In this document: piece by piece, positions 19,005 to 28,926 of the stretch
How positions within the stretch are numbered: position 1 is the first letter of the stretch
Layout of the letters: every line of letters begins with the position of its first letter
Program-made: the position numbers and the translations under genes
Notes under the pieces: model-generated
Told to the model about the DNA's origin: nothing
What the model saw: the letters and a program-made list of their open reading frames with translations, nothing else
The model's database searches: none
Virus record (IMG/VR): IMGVR_UViG_3300005323_000009
Span: 1-48,377 of that record
Direction: 5' to 3' (one strand)
DNA: 48,377 nucleotides
Source: a virus
Lineage: Duplodnaviria; Caudoviricetes

Positions 19005-22000
19005 ATGGCAACAGCCAGTATTCTAAACCGAATCGCCTCTGCTACAGTGGAAAAAGAAGACCTCCTTGCAAGACCAGATGAAGTTGATAAACTGGTTGCG
19101 AGAGAAGTTGATTTTCTTCTTCCAACTACAAAAACTCCGAAGTACTCTAAAGCTCCTGATCGAACTACTGCGTTAGATGAAACAATTCCAGAAGATCATC
19201 CCTTGAAGGGATATGTTCCTGCTGTTCGGCAGAAGGTAGAGCAAGCTCTGGCAATGCCGGAGTTTCGGCAGTTTAAAGCAAAAGATATTGCAAATGTAAT
19301 TGTAAAAGCAGAAATTGCACAACCTGGGAAGTCAGGAAGATCAAAACTCGAAGAGGCATATCGGTACAAAAGAGAAGCTGACGCAAGTACACTCTTCGGG
19401 GAAAACAAACAACTAAAGAAACTTCCTGGGCACGAAGAGTATCTTCAAGATGTTAAAGCAGAAGAAGATAAACGTCTTGCAGAAGAAAGTTATCTTGCAT
19501 CTCCTGCTGATATCCTAACCGCCGGTGGCCTTGGCGCTGCTGTTGGTGCTGTAACAGGTGGTCCTGGAGGAGCTGTTAGCCTTGGAGTTCTTTCCGCGGC
19601 GACTGAAGTTCTTTCCCATCCCGTTCGAAAACTTCTTCACCAAACAGAATGGTATCGTGCAAAAGAAGCTTCTGATAGTCTCCTGGATAAGGCAAAGCTT
19701 CTTGGAGCTGACTTTATTCCAGATGTTGTTGGCGGCGCTGTTCTTCAGAAGAGTTTTCCGAAGGTTCTTCAGAAGGCTGCTGAAGCAGGGATTCTAAAGG
19801 AAGAAGCTGCTTCTATCTTTAACCGCTTTCCTACCGCAGCAAATGCGGTAAAGATGGGAAGTGCAATAAAGGCAGAGAAAGATTTCAATAATCTGATAGA
19901 CAATGCAGTAAAAGAAGGCGTTGACTATAAGGGTATTGTCTTCGACCAAACAAAGAGATTCCAAGAAGCTGGGGGTGGATACTTCGACGAAGCTGCCGGA
20001 AGAATGGTAGTTGATCCCTACTTTGTAGAAGCTGCAAAAGCTACAAAGAGGACAACGCCGCTTCAGTCAGCTCTTCAGTTCGAAGAAAACGTTCTTCTTC
20101 GAAGAGCGCAGGGAACAAAGGTAGCTGCTACTCAGGCAGTTGAAACGCAAGGAAACCTCCTTCGAAATACATTCAAAGAACTTTCTGACGAAGCTGCTGA
20201 AGATGCTCTTCGAAAAGCCGAAGCAGGTATTCGCATTGAAGATGCAACAAGGGAAGCCTCTCTTGCTTCGAAGGCTATTCGAGAGACGACTGAAAAACAA
20301 CAGAAGCTTTTTGGATTTGAGTCTACTTCAAGTCAAGAAGAAATAGCCAGACAGTATCAATCCGTTTCTGCAAGGAGAACGCAAGAACTCGATGCTTCTA
20401 TGACAAAGAAGCAAGCTCTTTGGGAACGAGAGAATGCTTCTAAAGTAAGGGAACTACAAGCAAACACAGCTCTTCGAGAACGCTATAGCAGCCAACTTTC
20501 TAACTACGGTGTTGAAGGTACTAAAATTCCAACACAAGCATTGGAAAAACAAAAAGGTCTTACTTCTGTAAAGCGCATGAAAGGACTTGTTTCTGAAGAG
20601 CAAGCGAAGACAATGGGCTGGGGTGGAGTTAAAGAAGCTGAAGATGACCTTAACGCTTTTTACAATATCTTAGATGAAGAAGCGATTACTGCAGTAAAAG
20701 CAAATGTAAAGAAAATTCCAAAGGGAGCTGGCATTGTTTCAGGAGAAGGAAAAGGTCTTTCCGCGTCTCAACTTACTGACGATATGGTTTTTTCTTCGAA
20801 GACGCTTGGGGAGTTGAAAGAAGGTATAGCTTCTGAGGCCGCCTGGGTCGAAAAAGAAATAAATGAATTCTTCTCCGAACGTGTTGCACTTGAAGGTGCA
20901 GAAAAGGGAATAGAAGCATTTCAAGATATTTTGAATCCAGGAAAGATAATAGGAAGGATCTTTGGCGAGAAGGTAAAGGCAGGAGCTTCAGTACTCGAAG
21001 CAAAAGCACAGTTAACTAAAGCAAATGCGTCTTATTCCAGTATATTCAATAAGATTCTTTCCAGGAGAAGTGCTCTTATCCTTCTTGCACCTACGCTGAT
21101 AAGTGGTTCAATTGCTTTAGATAGTCTCTTTGGAGTAAAGGAAGCTGAGGCAGGAGTCTTTTCTCAGGCAGCTAAGACAATTCCCAAGGTTCTTGTTCCG
21201 CAGGTTGAAGGACTTGCGAAGAAGGTTGGCCTGGAAAAGGCAGCTGAGATTATAAATAAACTCCATCTTGATTCTGTTCCTGTAGATCCATTGAATCCCT
21301 ATGTCCTTCCCAGGATGCAAGAAGGTCTCCGTGTCGGAAAGGGAGCTTCTGCTGCTTTTGGACATTTGACTAAGGCAGTCGAACGGACAACTGGTCTTCC
21401 TATGAAAACTGATAGACTCCTTACTCCGTATGCAAGAGGGGTTGTTTTTTATAAAGAAGGTGCAAATCCTGCTGTTGAAATTGCAAGTGTTCAAACGGCG
21501 TATCTGAATAATAGCGAAAAGGCAATCCAAGTTGCAAAGAATATTCTTGATGTAGCTGGAATTGGAACAGATGCAAAGGTAACAAAAGTTATTTCAGATA
21601 CAATGGAACCTCTTGCAAAGAGGTATGGACCTGACGTTGCTCTTCGAAGGGCTGTAGAAGCACAGCATGGCGTAGATACAAAGGCGTTGACTGGGCTTCG
21701 GAGATACGTATCAAAGTATCCAGAGAAGGCAGGAAAGATATCTGATAAGATTACAGAACTCGAAGAACGCCTTGGCGTTGCTACAAAGATAATGGACGAC
21801 TTGAAGCCGCAGCATGAGGCATATCTCAAAGAATGGGAAGAGACAGTCAAAGGACTTGCAGACAAGTATTCTACTGTCCGTGTTGCTCTTGCATCTGAAG
21901 ACACTGCGTGGAATACATACTATCCATGGCTTAAAGGGAAGCTTTCCTTCACAGAGCGTTCCGCGATTTCTCGAATCCAGAAGCTCATGGGAGACTACGC

Positions 22001-23564
22001 AGTCCGTTCAAAGGAAGCTGGACTTCATCCTCTAACAGAGCGCCCCTATATGCACCACGCTTGGCATCCTGCTTGGAACGAAGAATCCGTAGCTCTTCGA
22101 ATGAAGGAGCTTAGTCTTTCTGCAACTGATTCGACTCCGTTGACGAAGTTCTTTCAGCGTGGAAAGTACAGTAGGATGATGCTTCCTGATACATCCTATA
22201 TTCTTTCGAAATATATCCCAGACGCAGAGAGAAGGATTCAATGGTCTTCTTTCTGGGGAAGAGGACAGAAAGACGGATGGTATGCTCATATGCGGTCTTC
22301 TGTTGTACAGGGAAATCCTGCTCTTAAAGCTTTCTGGGACTCTATCAAGGAATCTTCGATTCCTATTCAAAGCACAACAGCGAATCAATGGGCAAATCGA
22401 TACGCAGCTTTTGAAGTTGCTAGACTTATTGGCTTTGCTCCTTCAGTTGCATTCAAGCACATCTTTAAGAACGTAGGAACATGGTCTGCTTTAGGTCTTT
22501 CAGAATCTCTGAAGCACGCTCCAGAGGCTATTGGAGCAGCAGAAAGAAACTGGCTATATCGTTCTGCGAATACAGGACTTCTCAGTTCTCTTGGAGTTAC
22601 AAAGGCCGGGGCGCAGAGGGCTTTGACTGACCAGTACGTCGATAGCTTCGCTCATACAAACCGCCTTATGTCCATCGTAGCAGATATGGAGGTAAGTGAT
22701 CTTACTGCTGGAAAGGGAATTTGGAAGTCTGTTGATAGTGCTCTTGCAAAGATAAATGACAAAGGTTCTGTACTTGTTGGATCTATTGAAGCATTCGACC
22801 GTGCACACTCCGTTATCGCAGCTACAGAAATAGCAATGAAGAGAGGAATGACTGGGCAGCAAGCTGCTTACGGTATCTACGATACTATTCTAAAGAACAA
22901 CTTCCTTGGCGGAGCATTGAATCCTTCTTGGCTTCGTGATCCAAAAGTCCGCGCACTCTTTCTATTTCAATCAACTCCTTTTAAAATCTGGGAACGCCGG
23001 GCAATCCAGGCATACAGAACAAATCGTGCCTTGACTGTAGCTGGAAGGAATCTAAAAGGTGCTTCTCTTGGGGATTTCGTTCAGGCATTGAAGGGGTTGA
23101 AGAATTTCATTCGGGATGGCGAAGCTGGATTTAAAGGCGGACTTATCACAGATGCGTTGAACACAGAAAGAGATTTCTTCGGAACTCTCGTTGCAAAGCA
23201 GCTTGTAAAGGACATGGTTATTTCTGGAGCATTGATTTCTGCAGGTGGTTCTCTTGGCCTTGACCTCATGCCACAAGTCGGACACGTTCCCTTTCTGAAT
23301 ATGGAAGCAACAGAACCCTCTCTTCGTGTAGCTCCAATAGTTGGAGGAGTTTTTGAAACACTTGCAAAGAGACATCAAGCGAAGCTTGTAAACGAAGAAC
23401 CCGATTTCATCGTAACGGATTTCTTGAGTAACTGGCTTGGTCGAAGCGGGATAATTCCCGTTACAATAAATAAAGCAATCCGAATCAGTGAAGTAGATAT
23501 TCCAGAAATCTACAAGGATAGTCCTCTTCAGTATCTCTTTTCCGTTCCAGCAAATAAGAAGTAA
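19005..23564 (+). CDS. Large internal virion / DNA-ejection protein
   Basis: 1519 aa, Ala/Lys/Glu-rich and helical, Gly-rich hydrophobic patch (GGLGAAVGAVTGGPGGAVSLG); typical podoviral position. Confidence 0.65.
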   Translation: MATASILNRIASATVEKEDLLARPDEVDKLVAREVDFLLPTTKTPKYSKAPDRTTALDETIPEDHPLKGYVPAVRQKVEQALAMPEFRQFKAKDIANVIVKAEIAQPGKSGRSKLEEAYRYKREADASTLFGENKQLKKLPGHEEYLQDVKAEEDKRLAEESYLASPADILTAGGLGAAVGAVTGGPGGAVSLGVLSAATEVLSHPVRKLLHQTEWYRAKEASDSLLDKAKLLGADFIPDVVGGAVLQKSFPKVLQKAAEAGILKEEAASIFNRFPTAANAVKMGSAIKAEKDFNNLIDNAVKEGVDYKGIVFDQTKRFQEAGGGYFDEAAGRMVVDPYFVEAAKATKRTTPLQSALQFEENVLLRRAQGTKVAATQAVETQGNLLRNTFKELSDEAAEDALRKAEAGIRIEDATREASLASKAIRETTEKQQKLFGFESTSSQEEIARQYQSVSARRTQELDASMTKKQALWERENASKVRELQANTALRERYSSQLSNYGVEGTKIPTQALEKQKGLTSVKRMKGLVSEEQAKTMGWGGVKEAEDDLNAFYNILDEEAITAVKANVKKIPKGAGIVSGEGKGLSASQLTDDMVFSSKTLGELKEGIASEAAWVEKEINEFFSERVALEGAEKGIEAFQDILNPGKIIGRIFGEKVKAGASVLEAKAQLTKANASYSSIFNKILSRRSALILLAPTLISGSIALDSLFGVKEAEAGVFSQAAKTIPKVLVPQVEGLAKKVGLEKAAEIINKLHLDSVPVDPLNPYVLPRMQEGLRVGKGASAAFGHLTKAVERTTGLPMKTDRLLTPYARGVVFYKEGANPAVEIASVQTAYLNNSEKAIQVAKNILDVAGIGTDAKVTKVISDTMEPLAKRYGPDVALRRAVEAQHGVDTKALTGLRRYVSKYPEKAGKISDKITELEERLGVATKIMDDLKPQHEAYLKEWEETVKGLADKYSTVRVALASEDTAWNTYYPWLKGKLSFTERSAISRIQKLMGDYAVRSKEAGLHPLTERPYMHHAWHPAWNEESVALRMKELSLSATDSTPLTKFFQRGKYSRMMLPDTSYILSKYIPDAERRIQWSSFWGRGQKDGWYAHMRSSVVQGNPALKAFWDSIKESSIPIQSTTANQWANRYAAFEVARLIGFAPSVAFKHIFKNVGTWSALGLSESLKHAPEAIGAAERNWLYRSANTGLLSSLGVTKAGAQRALTDQYVDSFAHTNRLMSIVADMEVSDLTAGKGIWKSVDSALAKINDKGSVLVGSIEAFDRAHSVIAATEIAMKRGMTGQQAAYGIYDTILKNNFLGGALNPSWLRDPKVRALFLFQSTPFKIWERRAIQAYRTNRALTVAGRNLKGASLGDFVQALKGLKNFIRDGEAGFKGGLITDALNTERDFFGTLVAKQLVKDMVISGALISAGGSLGLDLMPQVGHVPFLNMEATEPSLRVAPIVGGVFETLAKRHQAKLVNEEPDFIVTDFLSNWLGRSGIIPVTINKAIRISEVDIPEIYKDSPLQYLFSVPANKK

Positions 23565-23581
23565 ATACACAATGTGTATTT
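23563..23581. repeat. 19-bp palindrome copy 7
   Basis: AAATACACAATGTGTATTT overlapping the TAA of the upstream gene. Confidence 0.95.
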
Positions 23582-23598
23582 GATTCGAAAGGAATTAA

Positions 23599-25152
23599 AT
23601 GGCTTCGACATACTACGTAAACAGTGGAAACTCTGTTGTCTGGGCTCCAACTACAGCATACGGAGCGAATGCCCTTGTTTACTGCCGGATTGCGTATGCA
23701 ACTACAGCAGCAAGAGCATTCGTTTACGAAGCAGACGTGGATGGTGGTACGTCTGGAGGAAGTGAACCAACTTGGCCAACAACTCCCGGAAATACCGTTG
23801 TAGATAATGACATTACCTGGACTTGTAAAGCCATTACTTCATGGGCCTATGCAGGTCCATTTATTTACTGGGCACTTACATACGCTGCAACAGCAACTGG
23901 AGATGTTGTAAAAGTTCATAGTGCACATAATGGATCTTATGCAAACACGGGCAGTTTTTCAATAACCTGTGGCTCAACCATAACAAACATAAAAAAGGTT
24001 ATTTCTGTAGACAAAGATGCTGCTGACGCTCTTACTGCTGGGGCAGTTGAGACGTATACCGGAACTGGTGCTTATACAGTTACACTTGATGGATCGTTGT
24101 ATTCATATGGTGTGACCTATGCTAATGCAAATATTGCATCGTCCGGCGCGTTTAAGCTAGACACGACTAGAGGAATAGTTATTCTTGAAAGTAATGGTGG
24201 GACCGTTATTGATCTTACTTCTGCATCAACGCAAAGGCTAGTCATAACAAACGATAGCACATTGCGCATAATTAATGGAGATTTTAAGGCTGGTAATATC
24301 GGAAGTTACATTATGGGTGGTTCTACCTTAAACCCAGGGATCGGATATCTGGAATGGTTCGGTGGAGCAGTAGTCAATACAGTCGGAGCAACAGCCTTGT
24401 TTGCTCGTGGGACTACTGCTGGGTATCATTTAGTCTTGGATATTAGAGATGTAGATTTCACAGGAGTTGGCCTTGGCGCTACTGCAACAGCACTGCTTGA
24501 CTTAGATGGTGCCGCTGGGCTTGATGCTATATTAACTCGTTGTAAACTACCAACCGACGCAGGATTTACAGTAACAGTTGGAACAGTCGCGACTACAGAT
24601 CCTAGTGTACATTATAAACTTCATCATTGTTCTGGTGCAAATAATACCTATGATTTTTACGAAGAAACTTCCTTTGGAACTTCGCAAGATGAGATAACGA
24701 TTGTTCGAACAAGTGGAGCAGTCCATGGAGCTACAGCAATATCTTATAAGTTAATTTCAAAATCAACTTCACAAGACAACTATATAGCGCACCCATCCCC
24801 ACCTATTGAAAGCTACACAGCTTCAGCAACAGAGAAGACTTTTACTGTCGAAGGAGTCTACGACTCTCTAACTAATCTTCAGAACGATGAAGTCTGGATG
24901 ACGTTTGAGTACCCCGCAAACGGAACAGACGGCCTTGGAGCAGTAGCTACAACAAAATGTGCAATTTTGGGGACACCTGCGGATTTAGCGACATCTTCCG
25001 TTGCCTGGACGACTACTGGAATTACGAATGTAAACAAATTTAAATTTGCTGTAACTGTAACTCCCGGCAAAGCCGGGCCTATAACCGCTCGTATCTACGT
25101 AGCAAAGCCAAGTACAACGATTTATATTGATCCAGTTATAACGGAGGCATAG
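23599..25152 (+). CDS. Tail fibre / receptor-binding protein
   Basis: N-terminal 'WAPTTAY...GGTSGGSEPTWPTTPGNTVVDNDITWTC' module common in phage fibres; Thr/Gly-rich beta body. Confidence 0.65.
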   Translation: MASTYYVNSGNSVVWAPTTAYGANALVYCRIAYATTAARAFVYEADVDGGTSGGSEPTWPTTPGNTVVDNDITWTCKAITSWAYAGPFIYWALTYAATATGDVVKVHSAHNGSYANTGSFSITCGSTITNIKKVISVDKDAADALTAGAVETYTGTGAYTVTLDGSLYSYGVTYANANIASSGAFKLDTTRGIVILESNGGTVIDLTSASTQRLVITNDSTLRIINGDFKAGNIGSYIMGGSTLNPGIGYLEWFGGAVVNTVGATALFARGTTAGYHLVLDIRDVDFTGVGLGATATALLDLDGAAGLDAILTRCKLPTDAGFTVTVGTVATTDPSVHYKLHHCSGANNTYDFYEETSFGTSQDEITIVRTSGAVHGATAISYKLISKSTSQDNYIAHPSPPIESYTASATEKTFTVEGVYDSLTNLQNDEVWMTFEYPANGTDGLGAVATTKCAILGTPADLATSSVAWTTTGITNVNKFKFAVTVTPGKAGPITARIYVAKPSTTIYIDPVITEA

Positions 25153-25154
25153 CT

Positions 25155-26312
25155 ATGGGAGGTGGGTGGTTTGTTCCAGGACGTGGGATGGTGCAGGTAA
25201 CTTCAACAACAGGATGGTTTCTTCCTGGAGTCGGGATTATAACGATAACTATTGGAGGAACAACGTATGAACTGACGTTATCTGACGGAGCTAAGGGAAG
25301 CGATACAACGATAGGGAATATAACTATAGCAATTTCTCTGGCAGATGGTGTATCTGGTGGAGATACAGACGGCGGAGTGATTGATTTAACAACTCTTATA
25401 TCTGACGGAGGTAGCCTTTCTGACATTGTATCTGTACTAGGAATTTTTAATAAAGAACTTTCAGATGGAGCAAAAACTAGTGACACATCTACTGTAGTCG
25501 CAAGTCTTCTCGCCTCTCTGGCGGATACTGCAAAAGTAAGTGATGTAATAAGTGAAGTTGGAACGTTCTTAACAAACTTATCTGATGGTCTTTCTGTTAG
25601 TGATCTTCAAGAAATTTTCAATACAATGCAGATGGTCTTGTCAGATGGAGGAATCTTTTCCGACTCTATCGTAGATGGACTTGGTTTTGACATTGCTCTT
25701 GCTGATGGAACAACCGTATCGGATAGCTCTTCCGGTTCTGTGACTATTTCTGGAAGTCTATCGGATGGAACAACTGCTGGAGATTCATCTTCTTCGGAAG
25801 GAAATTTCATTAACGCAATCGGGGATGGATTGACTCTCTCAGATACCCTTGTTGCATTTGGAATTTTTACTCGGCTTTTAGCAGACGGAGCGAAAGCTAG
25901 TGATAGTGTTTTAATAATTGGATTTACATACAACGAAAATCTTTCGGATGGTTCTGCCGCAGGAGATTCATCAAGCGGATTTATTACCAGAGTCGAGGCA
26001 ATTGCAGATGCATTTGTAGCATCTGATTCTGGAGTAGCTTTTATTACCGCGCTTGCTGCATTGGCAGATGCTTTAGTAGCGTCCGATTCCATTGGAATGA
26101 TTGGGACGTTTACAGTAACACTTTCTGACGGAGCAAGCACAAGCGACGCAGCAACTGCATTTCTTACATTACTTCTTTCACTAGGAGATGGAGTTCTTGG
26201 AAGTGATGTTGTTCTATCTCACGGGAGGGTCGGGACAAAGATAAGGTTCAGTGTCAAGGAACGAACGATAGAAGTTATCTTCACTAAACGTACTATCTCA
26301 ATTGGAGAATAA
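25155..26312 (+). CDS. Tail fibre-like protein with 16 ~20-aa (L/I)xDGxxxSD repeats
   Basis: GGAGG RBS; repeats counted by eye. Confidence 0.65.
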   Translation: MGGGWFVPGRGMVQVTSTTGWFLPGVGIITITIGGTTYELTLSDGAKGSDTTIGNITIAISLADGVSGGDTDGGVIDLTTLISDGGSLSDIVSVLGIFNKELSDGAKTSDTSTVVASLLASLADTAKVSDVISEVGTFLTNLSDGLSVSDLQEIFNTMQMVLSDGGIFSDSIVDGLGFDIALADGTTVSDSSSGSVTISGSLSDGTTAGDSSSSEGNFINAIGDGLTLSDTLVAFGIFTRLLADGAKASDSVLIIGFTYNENLSDGSAAGDSSSGFITRVEAIADAFVASDSGVAFITALAALADALVASDSIGMIGTFTVTLSDGASTSDAATAFLTLLLSLGDGVLGSDVVLSHGRVGTKIRFSVKERTIEVIFTKRTISIGE

Positions 26313-26313
26313 C

Positions 26314-26847
26314 ATGGCTCTTGGAATGATTCAGAAGGCTTTGTTAGGTGGATACTTTACATTCGAATGCTTTGGGGCGGATGGGAAGCTGAAGTGGACT
26401 GAAGGTCCAATACATAATCTTGTAACGACAGAAGGAATTAATCACGATCTTACTATTCTTTTAAAGAATGGAACTGTGATTGACCCGTGGTATGTCGTTA
26501 TTTTCGAGTCGAATACAACACCACTTGCAGCGCATACGTATGCTGTTCCCGGTTATACAGAGAGTACTGCTTATACCGAAGGTACTCGGCCTGAATTCGT
26601 TGACGGAGCAATCGCGGCAGGGGCAATCAATAACTCTGCTTCTAAAGCCGTCTTCTCCATCAATGCAACAAAGACGATCTACGGCGGCGCCCTAGTTGGC
26701 GGTGGAGCTGCGGCATCTACGAAGGCAGACACCGCCGGAGGTGGAAAGCTTCTTTGCTCTGTTCTCCTCGGAGCTTCCCGTGCTGTTATCTCTGGCGATG
26801 TTCTCAACGTCCAGTACACCTTTACCCTTGCTGACGATGGAGTCTAA
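26314..26847 (+). CDS. Tail-associated structural protein
   Basis: GGAG RBS; 'DGKLKW....HNLVTTEGINH' and 'V.SGDVLNVQYTF' pattern seen in phage tail proteins. Confidence 0.65.
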   Translation: MALGMIQKALLGGYFTFECFGADGKLKWTEGPIHNLVTTEGINHDLTILLKNGTVIDPWYVVIFESNTTPLAAHTYAVPGYTESTAYTEGTRPEFVDGAIAAGAINNSASKAVFSINATKTIYGGALVGGGAAASTKADTAGGGKLLCSVLLGASRAVISGDVLNVQYTFTLADDGV

Positions 26848-26850
26848 CCT

Positions 26851-28446
26851 ATGAGTGAGATACTCCCCTCCGTTGGCGAGGGGAGTTCTCTTTTTTTATC
26901 TTTTAAAGTTAAGGATAAATACGGAGAACTCTCAATTCCAACGAGCTTGTCGTATTCAGTTTACTGTGCTACAAATAACGTAATCGTTCGAGGAAATACT
27001 GCTATTACTCCTGCTGTTTCCTCTGGGGAAATTCACCTTACGTCAACAGACACAATCATTGTCAATCAAGATAATCCTGTTGAGACTAAAGTAGTTACAA
27101 TAACAGCGCAGTATGGAAGTAGCGATGCTATAAATGTAGAGTTTACGTTCCAGGTTGACAACCTTCATATGATAAACGGAGGAAATATTTTAGTTCTTCC
27201 TCCTGTGGCTACTATAAATGTAAAAGATTACGGTGCTACAGGACTTGGTGTAGCTGATGATTCTGATGCTATCAACCGAGCCACAGCTGCTCTTAGAACG
27301 TATCTCTCTTCTGCTGGGGGTGACGTAGGAGCTAGGCTAATATTTCCGCAAGGAAGATATAAAACTACAAAAGGGCTTGATTTTACAAATCTCAGAGTTC
27401 CTAGTAGAAATTCTTTTTACGTAATTGAGTTTTACGGAGCTACGGTAGTAGGTTCTTGTCCAGGTAAAGCTGCTATGGATTTCACTCGGTCTAATTCTGG
27501 AAGACTAATAAATGTGCATGTTTACGGTGATCCTGCGGCAAGACCATCTATAGGAATACAAGTAGCTCGTGGTAATGATGATGAAACTGCTGCTCAATTT
27601 AATTTTAGCAATGTAAAAACAACAGGAGAATTTACTTTTGCGAGTTTTTATAACCTTGCATCAGAAATGTTTGTTGGACTTGGCTGTTCTTTCTGGAATG
27701 ACCATGAAGATACTACTTCCTTTGGTATGGTACTAGATGGGAGGAATAAGTTTGGAATAAGCTCAGATTACTATCCTATAACAATTCCGATAAATACACA
27801 GCAAAGTTTTAATAGTCAACTTTTTCTACAGTGCGACTTTAGAAAGAGAATCCTTGGTACACCTATTCACATGACAAGTTGTAGGCGTTTAAATATGATT
27901 AACTGCTACGCAGTAGCAAAAGATCATCAAGCTGTTACTTATGACTTTGACGAAAGGATAGGAACGGATTTAAACTTTGATCTGCACGCAGAGTTATCAG
28001 GCGAGTTTCCGTACGTATTTAAATTTATGAGTAGCTTTCCTGGGATTACATCTGGAACTATTAGAGGATTTCATTGGAAAGAGATTAATTCCGGGGCTTC
28101 CTTAGCTTGCTTAACGACAGATGATATTGCCGTTGAATTACTTGATACAGATATATTTATAGGTAACTACAACGCTAATCCTACGTGGGGAGTATTTAGG
28201 CACAGTGATCTTTTTACTGTTAAAGGTAAAATCACTTCTATGACTAATCCGTTACTGTCTAGTGATCTTACGTTTGATGGTACACTGGTAGTGCAGAACA
28301 TGGCTCATTCGGAATTTGTCGTACCAAAAGGTTCTATAGAAATTCTTGACATTACACATAATGCAAGGGTTTTTAAAGGACAGGTGGCGTATCTCGGTGT
28401 TTCAGGAAATTCGTATACTGGGGATGATGTGGCGGGGGTTTTGTAA
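26851..28446 (+). CDS. Tailspike with pectate-lyase-like beta-helix (putative depolymerase)
   Basis: 'INVKDYGATGLGVADDSDAINRA...LIFPQGRYK' motif after a ~110-aa N-terminal attachment domain. Confidence 0.8.
   Translation: MSEILPSVGEGSSLFLSFKVKDKYGELSIPTSLSYSVYCATNNVIVRGNTAITPAVSSGEIHLTSTDTIIVNQDNPVETKVVTITAQYGSSDAINVEFTFQVDNLHMINGGNILVLPPVATINVKDYGATGLGVADDSDAINRATAALRTYLSSAGGDVGARLIFPQGRYKTTKGLDFTNLRVPSRNSFYVIEFYGATVVGSCPGKAAMDFTRSNSGRLINVHVYGDPAARPSIGIQVARGNDDETAAQFNFSNVKTTGEFTFASFYNLASEMFVGLGCSFWNDHEDTTSFGMVLDGRNKFGISSDYYPITIPINTQQSFNSQLFLQCDFRKRILGTPIHMTSCRRLNMINCYAVAKDHQAVTYDFDERIGTDLNFDLHAELSGEFPYVFKFMSSFPGITSGTIRGFHWKEINSGASLACLTTDDIAVELLDTDIFIGNYNANPTWGVFRHSDLFTVKGKITSMTNPLLSSDLTFDGTLVVQNMAHSEFVVPKGSIEILDITHNARVFKGQVAYLGVSGNSYTGDDVAGVL
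26857..26897 (+). terminator. Intrinsic terminator-like hairpin inside the first codons of the tailspike gene
   Basis: ACTCCCCTC-cgttggc-GAGGGGAGT followed by TCTCTTTTTTT. Confidence 0.5.
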
Positions 28447-28463
28447 ATACACATTGTGTATTT
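28445..28463. repeat. 19-bp palindrome copy 8
   Basis: AAATACACATTGTGTATTT overlapping the tailspike TAA. Confidence 0.95.
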
Positions 28464-28467
28464 GATG

Positions 28468-28500
28468 AAAAGGGCGGGGTTCTACCCCCGCCTCTTTCTT
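28468..28500. terminator. Bidirectional terminator where the two arms converge
   Basis: AAAA-GGGCGGGGT-tct-ACCCCCGCC-TCTTTCTT; GC stem with A and T flanks. Confidence 0.7.
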
Positions 28501-28595
28501 TATGGAAGGAGACTCACAGTGATTACACACCCAAGGAAAAGCATTGTGAGTAAGATAGATGTAGCAATACAAGAAGTAGCTTTTTTAGTCAGCAT
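28500..28595 (-). CDS. Possible 31-aa membrane peptide
   Basis: MLTKKATSCIATSILLTMLFLGCVITVSLLP; overlaps the upstream stop and ends at the terminator. Confidence 0.35.
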   Translation of the reverse strand: MLTKKATSCIATSILLTMLFLGCVITVSLLP

Positions 28596-28908
28596 CGTTA
28601 GCCTCGTAAACGTCTGGTTCGTTAAGTTCATCTCGGAGTTTGTCATACGCCAACTGGGCGTAGTGCGCGATTTTAAAAAGATCTCGGAGTCTTTCTTTAT
28701 TTCCTCGAACGGAAGTCCTCCTGCGATTAATGTATTTCTCGATTGCTTTAAAACAATCTTCTGCTGACCAGTCTGTAACTTGATCTTCGCCTTCGCGGTT
28801 GCCGTACTGGACATTTGCATATTCGTTGATATGTCTCCAGACTTTGTTTTGAAATACAGTCCACTGCCCAGTACGAGATGGTACGCGAGCAAAGAGTTTA
28901 TCGGTCAT
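28585..28908 (-). CDS. Hypothetical helical protein, possibly nucleotide-pyrophosphatase-like
   Basis: GGAG RBS; 'AIEKYINR...RDLFKIAHYAQL' resembles small phage DUF3310/dNTP-pyrophosphohydrolase-like proteins (tentative). Confidence 0.5.
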   Translation of the reverse strand: MTDKLFARVPSRTGQWTVFQNKVWRHINEYANVQYGNREGEDQVTDWSAEDCFKAIEKYINRRRTSVRGNKERLRDLFKIAHYAQLAYDKLRDELNEPDVYEANDAD

Positions 28909-28926
28909 CTTTCATCTCCGTTTCAT

